A stretch of 63,925 bases of DNA, filler included, from Craspedostauros australis (GCA_030167865.1; 10 parts of 10 records of this genome joined end to end with filler, not necessarily neighbours in it); one strand, 5' to 3'; positions 49,201-61,266 are shown, numbered from the whole stretch's first letter. Program-made: numbers and translations. Notes: a model not told the origin generated them from the sequence alone.

Positions 49201-52200
49201 TATCTTATTCACATTTGTACTAACACATTCATGTTTCTCAATGAAGCAAGCAATCTTTGCTTGAAAGAGAAGCACATGGATGGCGATCTTGATTCGACGG
49301 GAACATCTAATGAGGTTGGGACCCAATGGAAGGAGGAAGCAACACAGACGCAGACACAAACTAAGACGAACATCTCACCTTGCAAGGAATGAATGAGACA
49401 CTGATGTCGTGTGAAGCTGCCTGGAGAGGCACAGGACGACGTGGAGGAAGAACGGAAAGGACCGCAGGTCCTATTGGCATACGAAGAAAAATAAGTAATC
49501 GAAGAGACATGAACACACGGAAAGCTAAAGAAGGCACCACAGTTACGGCATCATAGTAGTGCAATTACTGATATGGTACCAACAAACTAGAGTTGGTATC
49601 TTCATGATCACTGCAAANNNNNNNNNNNNNNNNNNNNNNNNNNNNNNNNNNNNNNNNNNNNNNNNNNCTAGAGTTGGTATCTTCATGATCACTGCAAACG
49701 ACAGCATCCTCTAGAGTATGTGCTTGATGCAGAGAACACTGAACACTGCGCAAAAATAACACGAGACAAGAGCTAAGAAAATAACACGAAGGAAATCCAC
49801 ACAAGAAGGAGAGAGTTTTGTGGCGCTGAGTCCAACAAGTCGANGTAATTTATCCCTCGTGTTAAATTGTCGCACTAATTCTCCATTTGCGTCCTGACGC
49901 AAAAGATCGAAAATTGTCTCGAAATTTGCGTCCTGACGCATCTTGGGTCCATTATCGCGACGAAAAATCACCGTGGATATACGATCAATGAGAGACGCAG
50001 GCAAGTCGGATGAAGAATCCAATGACAGAGCCGGAAGGGAGGAACCTCAGATGAATGGAGGATGGATGGCAGGAGGCCACCAACAACTCCCATGACGAAG
50101 AAGCTGCAGCATGATGAATCAATGCTATCCAGAAAAGGATGGGGGCGATCGACGACACGGTTGCAAGGCAACACGATGACAGAGCTGGCAGCGTGCCACA
50201 ACGTGCAATTCCCAACGAGGGTGACGAACGAAGCATCAGAATCAGGAGATGACGATGGCTACGCAACTGCACAGGAGACGATGACCACTCTAATGGCAAC
50301 AGACGGACCCAACTTCGAACAAGACGGGTCAATCATCAACAAGGACGTCGCAGGCATGAGGATCGGTGCTACCCAATGAAGAATGAGAGCAATCGACTTC
50401 GTCACTGCGAGTCAGGATGTTGAGAGCGAATGCGATGGCGAAGAGATTCGAGCCCATCATCATTGGAATGATGCCGAGTCTACGTACGCCTGAGGAATGC
50501 TAAGATCATGCGGATCCTGACGAGCGGAAGGGACGAAGTGTGAGCGACTTGGAGACAAGCCGCTGAAGGCAAGGACCTCGAGTACTCTCCCATGAGACCA
50601 GTGGCGAGGATGCCACGGATGCTACGCGGCCTGGCACCGCACAACAACGCGCCAACACACCACTCCGACTCAGAATCAAGCAGTGGAGGTGGTGAGTCAG
50701 CTGTGGAAGCTGAGGAGACCCCAGCAACCATGAGAGAAGGGATGAGACGTCCAAGCATGCATACACAGGTATGATGTTGGACCCCACCGCATTCGAAGGA
50801 TGCTGAGATCATGCGGATCCATCGAAGGGAACGAAATGGCGGAAGGCCATCAACAAGGAGTTCTACGATATGATCAGATGGGGAGTATGGCGAGAACGAA
50901 TGCCTGTTGCTCAAGAAGATGATCTATGGGCTCGTGCAGAGCGCCAGACAATGGACCAAGAGGCTGGTCGACATCCTGATCAAACTGGGATTCAGACAGA
51001 GCAAGGTGCATCCATGCCTCCTGATTTGGAATCAGGAAGGGAGACTGCTACCGATCGGAACCTACGTTGACGACTGCCTGTGCATCGGGGATGAACAGGA
51101 GCTGAAGGATCTTGTGGGAGACATCAAGGCAGAGCGGTTTGGTATCAAGGTGGAGGAAGATCTCGAAGACTATCTCAGTCGCAAGATCAACTTCAACCGT
51201 GACGAGACCAACTGCTGGGTGAACCAACCGCACATCATCAAGAACATCGTCAACACTTTCAAGGACGATGTGATGAAGCTACAACGATATGGAACACCAG
51301 GGACGCCAGGGCAAGGCATCCAGAGAGAAAGAGAGAGAGTGACTCACCAAAGGTCGACAAGCAGCGACACAGCAGCTACCGAAGTGGAGTAGGTATGCTG
51401 CTATACCTGGTGAAGCACTCACGACCCGACATCGCAAACACAGTGCAAGAATTGACCAAGGTGTTGGATGGACCAACAGCCGCAGCATACAAGGAGATGC
51501 TGAGGGTCATGGAGTTTGTGACGGATACAAGAGAGTATGGACTGAAGATGAGACCGAGCCCATTGGAGAACGATGCATGGAAGATTGTGGTGCACACCGA
51601 CAGCGAGTTCGCTGGTGACAAAGACAATCGCATCAGTGTGGGAGGACACATCGTCCTACTACATGGAGTGCCTATCATCTGGAGATCGAAGGCACAACGC
51701 AACGTGACACTGAGCTCAATGGAGGCAGAATACGTTGCACTGTCAGAAGCAGGTAAGGAGATCCGCTTCATGACGCAACTGATGAGTGATATCGGACTGA
51801 GGATGCACAAGCCAGCAGACGTGATGGTCGGCAACGTGGGAGCAATCTTCATCGCTTCCAATCCGCTGACATCTGTGAGAACAAGGCACATCGATATCCG
51901 ACATCACTTCATCCGGGAACTGATTGCGAACAGAGAGGCTAGAGCCCGGTTCGTACGTTCAGAGGACAACATCGCAGACGGCTTCACCAAGGACACAAGG
52001 AAGATATCATCCAGCCTCAGTCGGCAATGGACCGAAAGGAGAGCATGAGGGATGGTGGTGCAAGAATGTGATGGAGTGTGGAGTCTATGGTATGATGTCG
52101 ATGCGACAATGGAAGGGTGTCAGGAATCGAGGGTACGACTATGTCGTGTTATCCTAGATTGCCGCACCTCCCATAATACCAAAAATAGACTAGTCGATCT

Positions 52201-52363
52201 ACCAAAGTCGGACACACTCCCAAGTCGATTGTGAGCCATCCTCGTCTGTGTGTCAAGAGTATGACGGACAACGGACAGGCGAATGACATGATGTGTTCGT
52301 GATGACTAACGGACAAAGATGGCGAACCTTGGATGTAAAAGGGAGACTGGAACACCGAAGTGT
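43296..52363 (+). mobile_element. Degenerate Ty1/copia element, family C: 5' LTR 43296-44097, decayed gag-pol, PPT 52111-52117, partial 3' LTR 52118-52363
   Basis: TG...CA LTR. Remnants NLATTRILIT, YGLVQSARQW, YVDD, SRPDI, DSEFAGD, RHIDIRHHF. GGAAGGG PPT. The two LTRs appear identical over 246 bp. Confidence 0.9.
47199..49976. mobile_element. Non-autonomous TIR DNA element nested in the copia; ATAT (or TA) TSD
   Basis: CCACGGTGATTTTTTGTTGCG / CGCGACGAAAAATCACCGTGG. ATAT at 47195-47198 and 49977-49980. GCGTCAGGACGC-type palindromic motifs at both ends. Confidence 0.8.
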
Positions 52364-53184
52364 NNNNNNNNNNNNNNNNNNNNNNNNNNNNNNNNNNNNN
52401 NNNNNNNTTAATTAATTAANNNNNNNNNNNNNNNNNNNNNNNNNNNNNNNNNNNNNNNNNNNNCATCTTTCGCGCGAACGATCCATCGTGTTTGTGCAGT
52501 GGGCTGCCATCTGCCGTTGCGTTGTTGAGCCAATGCACTGCGCACACCGCTGCGATCAAGATGAAGTACGTATGGTGTGGTGTGGTGTAGTGCGATACCG
52601 CTTCCTCTTGCGCGTGCCTTTGATTGGCAGCATCCTCGACACTGACTGGTATTGTGCTATGACTGCAGTGGTGGCAATGATGGCAATGGCGACAGTGGCC
52701 AGATTCGCAGCGACCGTTGGGTGAACGTTGATTGAGTGCATCGCGTGACTCAATGCTGAAGAAAGCAACTGATTCGTGAATGAACGACCACCAACAACTT
52801 CATTCCGAGAACAAGAATGACACGGAGAGTGAGGAAAAGCGTGGTGTGAGATGAGCACTCGTATGACGATCATGGATGTCCCATTGTACCACCAGCCACG
52901 GAACTGACGACGCTGCAACAAAGACAATGATGATGATGTGCATACGAGTAGAAGTGGTACCAACAGAAGTGTTACCAACAGAAGTATCGACCTACGAGGA
53001 GAGAGCGTCGAAGCATTATCATCAGCAGCCGGAGATCCCACGGCACGAACACTTCCGCCGTGTCCTTCCTCTCGTCCATGTACACGCAGAGAATTGCATT
53101 CAGGAGGGACATCAGTCGCCATGGCACTACTATACGAGGACGCAACCAATCCATCGTTCGTTGCTGGAATACAGATGAGAACAA

Positions 53185-53187
<3 letters not shown>

Positions 53188-53226
<39 letters not shown>
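53188..53226 (+). repeat. (CAG)13 microsatellite
   Basis: Direct reading. Confidence 0.9.
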
Positions 53227-53230
<4 letters not shown>

Positions 53231-53788
53231 GCAGAAGGGAGCCGTGACCAATTTCGGCGCCACAGAGCGGGCACGATCCAACACGGAACACCAGCGGCTT
53301 CTCTCCGCTCGTGTTGACTCCCATTCTTTGCAACATAGTCATACCACGCTCGCAGGATCCTCGGTCGTCTCCACGTTCCAAGAATGTTGGGACAATGATG
53401 ACTTCCGACACCTTCGCCCACGATCAACTTTCTCCGTCTGTGGGTGGCCACGGCCACGATCACGTTCACGTTCAGGACTATGTCCAAGCTGATGTTCACG
53501 TTGATGCCAAAGTAGATCGGGTGATCGCGGCAACAATACGAAATGAGAAATGAGAAACATCACCAGACGGCCATCGGCGCAATGCCGTGCACGTCGCGTG
53601 AAAAGGAACACGGTATGCCACCACCAACGACCATGAAACAGAACATGATCGCTTCATAAAAAGCAGGCAGAGATGAGATCAAACGACTACGATCACCCAA
53701 GCAATCATCCAATCACATCGAAAAAGCCCGTCGCATTGATCTGATCTCAGCAACAAGTCATCTCTTTTCGAAACACACCAACCCCATC

Positions 53789-55972
53789 ATGGTCTTCATC
53801 CGTCGCCCACTCGTTGCGCTGTTCGCCTCGCCATTGCGCAACCACAACCGTCAAGTCCGGACAGCACTATCCACAGCCTCACCGTCTCTCATTCCGCTCA
53901 AGTCGACCCCTGGTGATGCACCCCCGCCAACCATCACCAACCAGAATCTCCTGCGCGCCGCAGAACGAGGAGATGTGGACACCCTCACCGCATGGAAGAC
54001 AGCATTTCCACAAACCTCCATCGATACGATCAAGGATGACCGTGACAAGACTGCACTCCACCTCGCATGCTCCAACGGTCAGCTTGAAACGATCCGACAG
54101 TTGATGGAGTCATGCGGAGCGGACATCAATGCTCAATCCATGGATGGAGAGACTGCGCTACACTATGCATGCGCACAGGGCAACGTCGAGGTTGTGGAAT
54201 ACCTGGCCGGGTCACATGCTGCAGATGTCAACCTCCAGGATAACTCCGGCAAGGCGGCACTCCACGACGCATGTACCGAGGGACATGTGGCCATCGTGAA
54301 GACTCTGATCGAGTCATATTCTGCAAGCGCTCTCGCGCAAGATGAGAAGGGTGAGAATGCCCTCCATGCCGCGTGTCTTCGTGGGCACTTGGATGTTGTC
54401 GAGTACCTCATTGGATCATGTGGAGTGGAAATCAATGTTCAAGACGAATTTGGCTGTACTCCGGTCCACCATGCGTGTCTGAAGGGTCATCTTGATATCT
54501 TGAAGTATGTGATGGAGGCTCGTACTGTGGCCATCGACGTCCAGAACAATGACGGCGATACCGCGCTTCATGTTGCATACGGAAATGGTCATTTGGATGT
54601 TGCAGAGTATCTGGTGAAGTCGTGCAAGGCAGATGTTCATGTTGAGAATGATGCTGGCGGCACGGCTCTTCAGTCTGCATATTCCAAAGGTCATCTGAAT
54701 GTTGTGAGATGGTTGGAGGAGTCAGGTAAGCTGAACATCAATATCAAGGACGAGAATGGCAACACTGCCCTTCACTGCGCAAGTGTTGGAGGTCATCTAG
54801 GTATGGTGGAGTACTTGTTGAAGTCAGACGATCTGAAGGTGGATGGCAACGCCAAGAACAATGATGGCGACACCGCCCTTCACTGCGCAAGTGCCGGAGG
54901 TCATCTGGATGTGGTGAAGCATTTGGTGGACTCAGGCAACGCGATCATCGATGTCAGCGCAGAGAACAAGGCTGCCAACACTGCACTCCATCTTGCAACC
55001 GCGGATGGATATCTCGATGTTGCGAAGCATTTGCTGGAATCAGGCGAAGCCAACATCAATGCTGAGAATCATGAGCGCGAGACTCCACTCTACAAGGCAT
55101 ATTGCCACAGCCACTTCGATGTTGTCGAGCATCTCATCGGAACACCGATCATACATCCCAACTCCCGACACGAGGATGGTAACACCGTGCTCCATCTCGC
55201 AAGTGGCGATGGCCATCTCGATGTTGTGAAGTGGCTGGTTGAATCCGGCAAAGCCAATATCAACGCTGAGAACGACAAACACGAGACTCCAATCTTCAAG
55301 GCATATTGCCACAGCCACTTCGACGTTGTCGAGTATCTCATCGGAACACCAAGCATACATCCCAACTCCCGACACGAGGATGGCAACACCGTGCTCCATC
55401 TCGCAAGTGGCAATGGCCATCTCGATGTCGTGAAGTGGCTGGTTGAATCCGGCAAGACCAATATCAACGCTGAGAACGACAAACACGAGACTCCAATCTT
55501 CAAGGCACATCATAACAATCACGTCGACATTGTCAAGTATCTGGTCGCAGCACCAAATGTCGATTTGAACGTGAAAGACGAGGATGGCTCCACCGTCCTC
55601 CATATCTCAAGCACTGATGGTCATCTCGACGTTGTGAAGTCGTTGGTTGAACAAGGCAAGGTAGATATCAACATCAAAACCAGCAATCATGGCAACACAG
55701 CAATGCACGGAGCGTGCTTCAGTGGCAGATTGGAGGTCGTGAAGTATTTGGTGGAATCGTGCAACGCAAATGTCAACATGCAAAACAAGTATGGCAGAAC
55801 TCCACTTTGGCGGGCAAGTTGGCATGGTGAATTGAAGGTCGTGAAGTACTTGGTGGAATCATGCAACGCAGACATCAGCATCAAAGATAACGATGACGAC
55901 ACTGCGCTGGACATTGCGAAAGAACAGAGCCACACTGATGTTGTCGACTACTTGACCACTCTTCCTTGGTGA
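53789..55972 (+). CDS. Long ankyrin repeat protein (~19 repeats) with basic N-terminal presequence-like extension
   Basis: Repeated GxTALHxAxxxGHLDVVxYL. The N-terminus is rich in R/S/L/P and lacks acidic residues. Confidence 0.92.
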   Translation: MVFIRRPLVALFASPLRNHNRQVRTALSTASPSLIPLKSTPGDAPPPTITNQNLLRAAERGDVDTLTAWKTAFPQTSIDTIKDDRDKTALHLACSNGQLETIRQLMESCGADINAQSMDGETALHYACAQGNVEVVEYLAGSHAADVNLQDNSGKAALHDACTEGHVAIVKTLIESYSASALAQDEKGENALHAACLRGHLDVVEYLIGSCGVEINVQDEFGCTPVHHACLKGHLDILKYVMEARTVAIDVQNNDGDTALHVAYGNGHLDVAEYLVKSCKADVHVENDAGGTALQSAYSKGHLNVVRWLEESGKLNINIKDENGNTALHCASVGGHLGMVEYLLKSDDLKVDGNAKNNDGDTALHCASAGGHLDVVKHLVDSGNAIIDVSAENKAANTALHLATADGYLDVAKHLLESGEANINAENHERETPLYKAYCHSHFDVVEHLIGTPIIHPNSRHEDGNTVLHLASGDGHLDVVKWLVESGKANINAENDKHETPIFKAYCHSHFDVVEYLIGTPSIHPNSRHEDGNTVLHLASGNGHLDVVKWLVESGKTNINAENDKHETPIFKAHHNNHVDIVKYLVAAPNVDLNVKDEDGSTVLHISSTDGHLDVVKSLVEQGKVDINIKTSNHGNTAMHGACFSGRLEVVKYLVESCNANVNMQNKYGRTPLWRASWHGELKVVKYLVESCNADISIKDNDDDTALDIAKEQSHTDVVDYLTTLPW

Positions 55973-56407
55973 GAGCATGGCTGTAAAATGGACAAGAATG
56001 AACCAACCAACCACTCGTCAAAGTAGTCTGGCTAAGCGACTGTCAAGTGCTTAACATCCATCGTTGACGTAAATCAGTCATTCCTATACTATCTCTCAGT
56101 GGGCTACAATTATTGTACCATGGTAGACTTTGCTGCAATCTGCTCAACGTCGCTTCGTGTTGCAAGGTCCTGGTACCTCTGTCTAACCCATGCATTGTAA
56201 TGTGTTGCGATGTGTTGTGGCGGATTCCGTGTATGGCATGCGATTGCGCTTTTCCTCTCTTGGAAACAAGCGGCGCCGTGGTCTGAGATTCACGATACAT
56301 CTCAAAGATACCGATGGCGGCGTGATGTATGTGTGGATGTGAGGGTGTGTTGATGGATTGGTACGGCGCGATGTAGTTGCGCCTCGATGCACCAAGTGTC
56401 AACGTGC

Positions 56408-58054
56408 TTACTTCTGCACACCCATCTCCTCGTCACTCTCGGCGGCACTGTCGTTCTCCTCCTGGTTCAACTTGTTCATGGCTGCAGTCTCCATGCGAAG
56501 AGCAGACTCGAAGACGGCGGCATCATCCTCGTTGCTGCACGAGTTGATCTCCTCGCGGAGTCCCTTGATGTTCGACAGGATGCGCTCACGGCGGACGGAG
56601 TACGACTCGTTCTGTGACGCCAAAGCCTTCTGGAGTTTGAGGTACTCGCGTGGGACGGCGGTAGAACCTGCCTCGCCGACAAGCACGTTGGTTCCAAGGT
56701 GCATGTTGCGGTTGCTCTGGTGGTCTGGCTTCATGCCGGCGGCGCGCTCCTCTGGGGTGCCGATGTACACCTCATCGAGCTGGAAGCCAGAGACGGCCTT
56801 GTGAATGGAGGCAAGGACCCAGGCTCCGGAGCAGATACCGGTGGCTTCCAACAACAGACAGAACTGGAGGAAGATGTAGACGATTGGGTTGGAGAGGAAG
56901 GCGATGGGGAAGACGGATGCAACCAGCTGCCATGTGATGGAAGCAATGATGGTGGTGATGAGGGCTCCGAGAAGTCCGGTGTTGAAGAATTCCTGGGTGC
57001 TGTCGGAGACTCCGAAGATGCTCTGGCCAGTTCCGACCTCGACATCGAGAGTGGTAACACGGGCAATGATGAAGAAGCACATGGTCACGCAGATCTGACG
57101 TCCGATCATGAATCCTGGAAGGTTGCGTCCGTCACCTCGGAAGAGGAGCTCGCAGGTCTTGCGTGCCATCGGGTGGTCTCCACGCTCCTCCTTTGGAAGC
57201 TTGGCGACAGCGAAGAAGGCGATCTGCATACCCTCAAGCATACCCACGATGGACATGAAGAGGAAGAAGAGGATGACAGCGACTCCGTTTGGCACTCCGG
57301 CCCACATGGTGGTCTTTCCATCGAAGAGGGCGACGAGGGTGACGGCCATGGCATAGCACAGGATGGCAAGGGAGATGAGGATACGGCCCCAGTAGAAGAG
57401 GTTCTGGGCACCGTCACGTGGTGGTTCCTTGGACTCGACTTCCTTGCCGGAGGCCCAGACGAAGAACATCTGGACGAGGTAGCACGAATGCAGAAGTCCG
57501 GAGAACTCGATGGCGAGGGCGACGTAGAGGGTGAAGACGGCGAAGAAGTTGTTGATGTAGTCAAGCATGCAGAGGGAGGCGTTCACTTGGGAGTTGAGCT
57601 GTCCAGCTTGAGCGGTCATGAGGATCATGGCAGCTCCGGATCCGAGGAAGATCTGGATGATGATGTCCGGGAGTCTGAAGACCTCGGCGTCGGCGAGCGG
57701 GGCACCGCACTGGTTGATGGTGAAGACCATGAGGAGGACCATGAACTGACGCCCCATGAGGTAGCGATCGAGGTTGTCACCCTTGTGGGCGAGGGAGGTA
57801 CACTGGTGGGCGGTTGGGTGGGATTGGACGTAGAGGTCGCGGTCGACTGGTGGGAGACCAACGAGCGACCCCTGTCCTCCCTTCACCATGTTGAGCCAGA
57901 CGAGGGCGGCGATCATGATGACGACGGCGACCACTGGGTGGACCTCGGACGAGACCTTGGTCTGCTCATTGAAGATGAGTCCACAGACGATGGTGATCGA
58001 GAAGATGAGGAGTCCGGTGGAGTACACCGACTTGATGAGCTGAAGCGGATCCAT
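56408..58054 (-). CDS. SIT: Diatom silicon (silicic acid) transporter
   Basis: About 10 TM helices. GXQ motifs (K)GGQ, GRQ, EGMQ, GRQ. CMLD motif and C-terminal coiled coil. Confidence 0.96.
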   Translation of the reverse strand: MDPLQLIKSVYSTGLLIFSITIVCGLIFNEQTKVSSEVHPVVAVVIMIAALVWLNMVKGGQGSLVGLPPVDRDLYVQSHPTAHQCTSLAHKGDNLDRYLMGRQFMVLLMVFTINQCGAPLADAEVFRLPDIIIQIFLGSGAAMILMTAQAGQLNSQVNASLCMLDYINNFFAVFTLYVALAIEFSGLLHSCYLVQMFFVWASGKEVESKEPPRDGAQNLFYWGRILISLAILCYAMAVTLVALFDGKTTMWAGVPNGVAVILFFLFMSIVGMLEGMQIAFFAVAKLPKEERGDHPMARKTCELLFRGDGRNLPGFMIGRQICVTMCFFIIARVTTLDVEVGTGQSIFGVSDSTQEFFNTGLLGALITTIIASITWQLVASVFPIAFLSNPIVYIFLQFCLLLEATGICSGAWVLASIHKAVSGFQLDEVYIGTPEERAAGMKPDHQSNRNMHLGTNVLVGEAGSTAVPREYLKLQKALASQNESYSVRRERILSNIKGLREEINSCSNEDDAAVFESALRMETAAMNKLNQEENDSAAESDEEMGVQK

Positions 58055-58398
58055 GGTTACTCGGTTGGGGATGAGTTGGTGATGGTTGTCGCTTCTTGTC
58101 GCTGTGGATTTGACATCAAGTCAGAGAGTAGACTGCTCAATGCTCTGCGAGTACAAGATGATGTTTGTAGAGTGGTCGATTGTGTATTGTATTCTTTGTT
58201 GTATTCTATTCTATTGCATGTATTATATTGTATTCTATGTTCTATGGTGTATGGGGTGCTGTATGGTTGCTGTATTGGTGTTGATGCTCGGTCGTGATGA
58301 GATTCACTTCCTTGCGTGAAAAATTGTGTGTGTGTGTGGAGATGTGCGAGGATGCGTGAGGCTTCACAACAAGCCTTGTCATGCTGCAGCGCATTCGT

Positions 58399-59295
58399 TT
58401 ACGCCATGACTCTGTCATCCGAAGACTGAAGACGAGCCATGAAGAGGTCGGTCATGCGGTTGCCACCCTGAAGCTTCGCAGACTTCACGATGCTTGACAC
58501 ATCCTTGTCCCAGATCTCCTCGTAAGACTTGATCAGTCCAGACACTGGGCAGCGCTTCATGACGACGGTTCCGCTCAGGAAGCACTTGGGCGAGAATGGA
58601 CCACGGAATGTCAAGTCTTCTTCGAAGCGGAAGGTCACGGCGTGCTTGGTCACCGAAAGGGTGTCCTCGATGAGTCGCGACTCGCATTCAGCTGCGTNNN
58701 NNNNNNNNNNNNNNNNNNNNNNNNNNNNNNNNNNNNNNNNNNNNNNNNNNNNNNNNNNNNNNNNNNNNNNNNNNNNNNNNNNNNNNNNNNNNNNNNNNNN
58801 NNNNNNNNNNGTGACGAGCGACTTCTTGTTGACGATGTCGCTGATGATGATCTGTGCCAGTTGCTCGTCCGACAGGTTGAGCTGCTTCTGTTCCGTTGTG
58901 CATGTGGCGGCGACGGCCAAGGCGGCCATGGAATGCATCCAAGCACGTCGGGATGTCGACGTTGATGGCAGGGATGGTGTGGCGTCAGCGTTGGCAGTGG
59001 TGCTCCAGAGAGGATCGGCAGGTGTGTCTGCATCCTGGAAAGGTTGCTGCGGCACGTTGGATGCGATGGCTTGTCTGGCGTTCTGAAGGAATGCGAAACG
59101 GGATGCCGATGGTTGCTCGGACTCGAACATGGTGGCGAAGAGCTGGGTGTTGGCTGATGCTGGCTGTCTTGTGGTGGTGAATGCCTGTGCTTGGTTGTTG
59201 GCGCATGGTGCTGCGAGGACAAGGAGTCCAAGGAAGAGGGAGAGCTTGACGCTGGATGTGGTTGGCTTGCTGTTGCTGTTGCTGTTGCTGTTCAT
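58399..59295 (-). CDS. Plastid-targeted DUF2358/NTF2-like protein (contains a gap)
   Basis: Signal peptide ending AQA-F, S/T-rich transit region, SRR followed by a hydrophobic segment, C-terminal GLIKSYEEIW. Confidence 0.6.
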   Translation of the reverse strand: MNSNSNSNSKPTTSSVKLSLFLGLLVLAAPCANNQAQAFTTTRQPASANTQLFATMFESEQPSASRFAFLQNARQAIASNVPQQPFQDADTPADPLWSTTANADATPSLPSTSTSRRAWMHSMAALAVAATCTTEQKQLNLSDEQLAQIIISDIVNKKSLVXXXXXXXXXXXXXXXXXXXXXXXXXXXXXXXXXXXXXXXAAECESRLIEDTLSVTKHAVTFRFEEDLTFRGPFSPKCFLSGTVVMKRCPVSGLIKSYEEIWDKDVSSIVKSAKLQGGNRMTDLFMARLQSSDDRVMA

Positions 59296-61266
59296 GATTG
59301 TATTGTGTGTGGTGTGTGTTGTGTGGGTTGTGTGTTATTATTTGTTGTTGATTTGGTGGAGTCTGATTGTCCTCTTTTGCTTCGTTGTTGTTGTGGTTGT
59401 TGTGGTTGTTGTGGCTGTTGTGTTTGTATCGCTTTTGATTTTGTGAGGAGAGGATGGACATCGGAAGAATCCACGCCAACAGGCAGTTGCGCACATTCAC
59501 GAGCACAACCACAATGGAGAAGACTGTACAGAGGGAGAAGAACAACACGTGGGTGTTGGAGTCATGATACTCCATGCAGAATCGCCATTCACAGCAACGT
59601 CACCAGTTTGACCGATCCCCTTCTCCCCACGAGACTCAATCACCAATCCCGAAATGTGAAGGAGCGATCTGGTTGGTTGTCGAAACACGTCATTCACCAG
59701 TCCACGCCAACGGCGAACATTTGGTGTTCACACACAAACACTCAACATGCGCTTACGAACGAGGCAAGAGTACTGATGCAACAACACCATTGAACGCGGA
59801 GAGGTTGGTCTTGTGTGGTGATCCCAATCCCAAATCAAATCACATATCACATACCACATACTTTGGTCCAAGCAACGACAGAGTGGCAACGCAAAACTTC
59901 TCACCATGCAGACCAGTCCATGGATGCCGTCACGCCAAGCAACACAAAACAGCACGATACTCNNNNNNNNNNNNNNNNNNNNNNNNNNNNNNNNNNNNNN
60001 NNNNNNNNNNNNCAGCACGATACTCGCGCGCTGCAAGTCCGAACCATGGACATCCTCCTGATCGTGCCATCCTTCCTCCTCTTCTCTCTCAACAGGTATT
60101 CATACTCGGATAGATGCGCACGTCTCATCATCCACACAGACGACCTACACATGGTCGAAGCATGTACATGCAACCCAGTAGTCCAGCAGCTTTCATGATG
60201 AGGGAGCATTGACAGGGAACAGCAGCTTGAGCACCGTCACCAATCGTGGGACACTTGAAGACCAGCGACTCTGTGTGCCTTGCTATTTGAGTCTGAGTAT
60301 GACGTACAGTTGTGGCGGGCGATCGCGGCAGCATCCGCAGCTGCAAATGCGAGAACACAGACCCGCACACAGTGATAGACTGTTGGCAATGCGACGTCTC
60401 GCGTGCTTCTGATCATCATCATCATCATCATGGTGATACAGACCCATTCCTGCAAAAACCAATGCCATCATGGCCACGCATACCATGCAGGCGATCCATC
60501 CTCCTCTCTTCAGTTGCTCTGCAACCAGTTTGCTCCATCTTGTTTGGTGAAAATGTGAACAGGTTGAGTCGTGACGGGCCTGTTGTCTTGTTGTTCTCTT
60601 GAGTACTTGTAGCCCAATGATGATGATGTTTGCGGATTTATGGGCTTTTCTCCGAGAGCCAATTAACAGTTGGAATGGACAGGATAAGTCATCCACGGCC
60701 AGCACGCCCAACTGTGCATCTCGGGTTGTTGTTGTTCTTTGTGTGGGGAGAAGGGATGTTGTCTTTCGTAACGTGTTGTTCGTGGTCGGGTGTGAGATCA
60801 TTGGAGTTGTGTTGACGGAAGACTGATAGAGGCTTCTGATTGGCCGCCAAGGATGGACGTGGCAACGAATTCATGACAAACCGGTGTTCATGTTTCCAAA
60901 CGTTCGCACGAAGCTCACTTTCACCACACAACACCACAACTTCGTGTGTTTTGCGAGTACTCGCCGCTCATGGCCTCACGTGTATTTCCTGTGTGCCGAA
61001 CAAGACCAATGCTTGGGGATGGAAGTGTGGCTGAGGCTGCTCCAGGGCGTTGTGTCCTCTGCACTCGCATGTATTCCGCCATGACTGAAACCTGTATGAC
61101 AGATTGCGGAGGTTGTCGCTCTTGGGTCGGCAAGCTGGCACCTTCTTCATCCTCTCTGTGGTGTCTNNNNNNNNNNNNNNNNNNNNNNNNNNNNNNNNNN
61201 NNNNNNNNNNTTAATTAATTAANNNNNNNNNNNNNNNNNNNNNNNNNNNNNNNNNNNNNNNNNNNN

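Noticed and set aside
56699..58297. 532-aa ORF antisense to SIT (and similar ones opposite BRF1 and RIO1)
   Set aside because: Shadow ORFs from GC3-rich codon usage, with no motifs.
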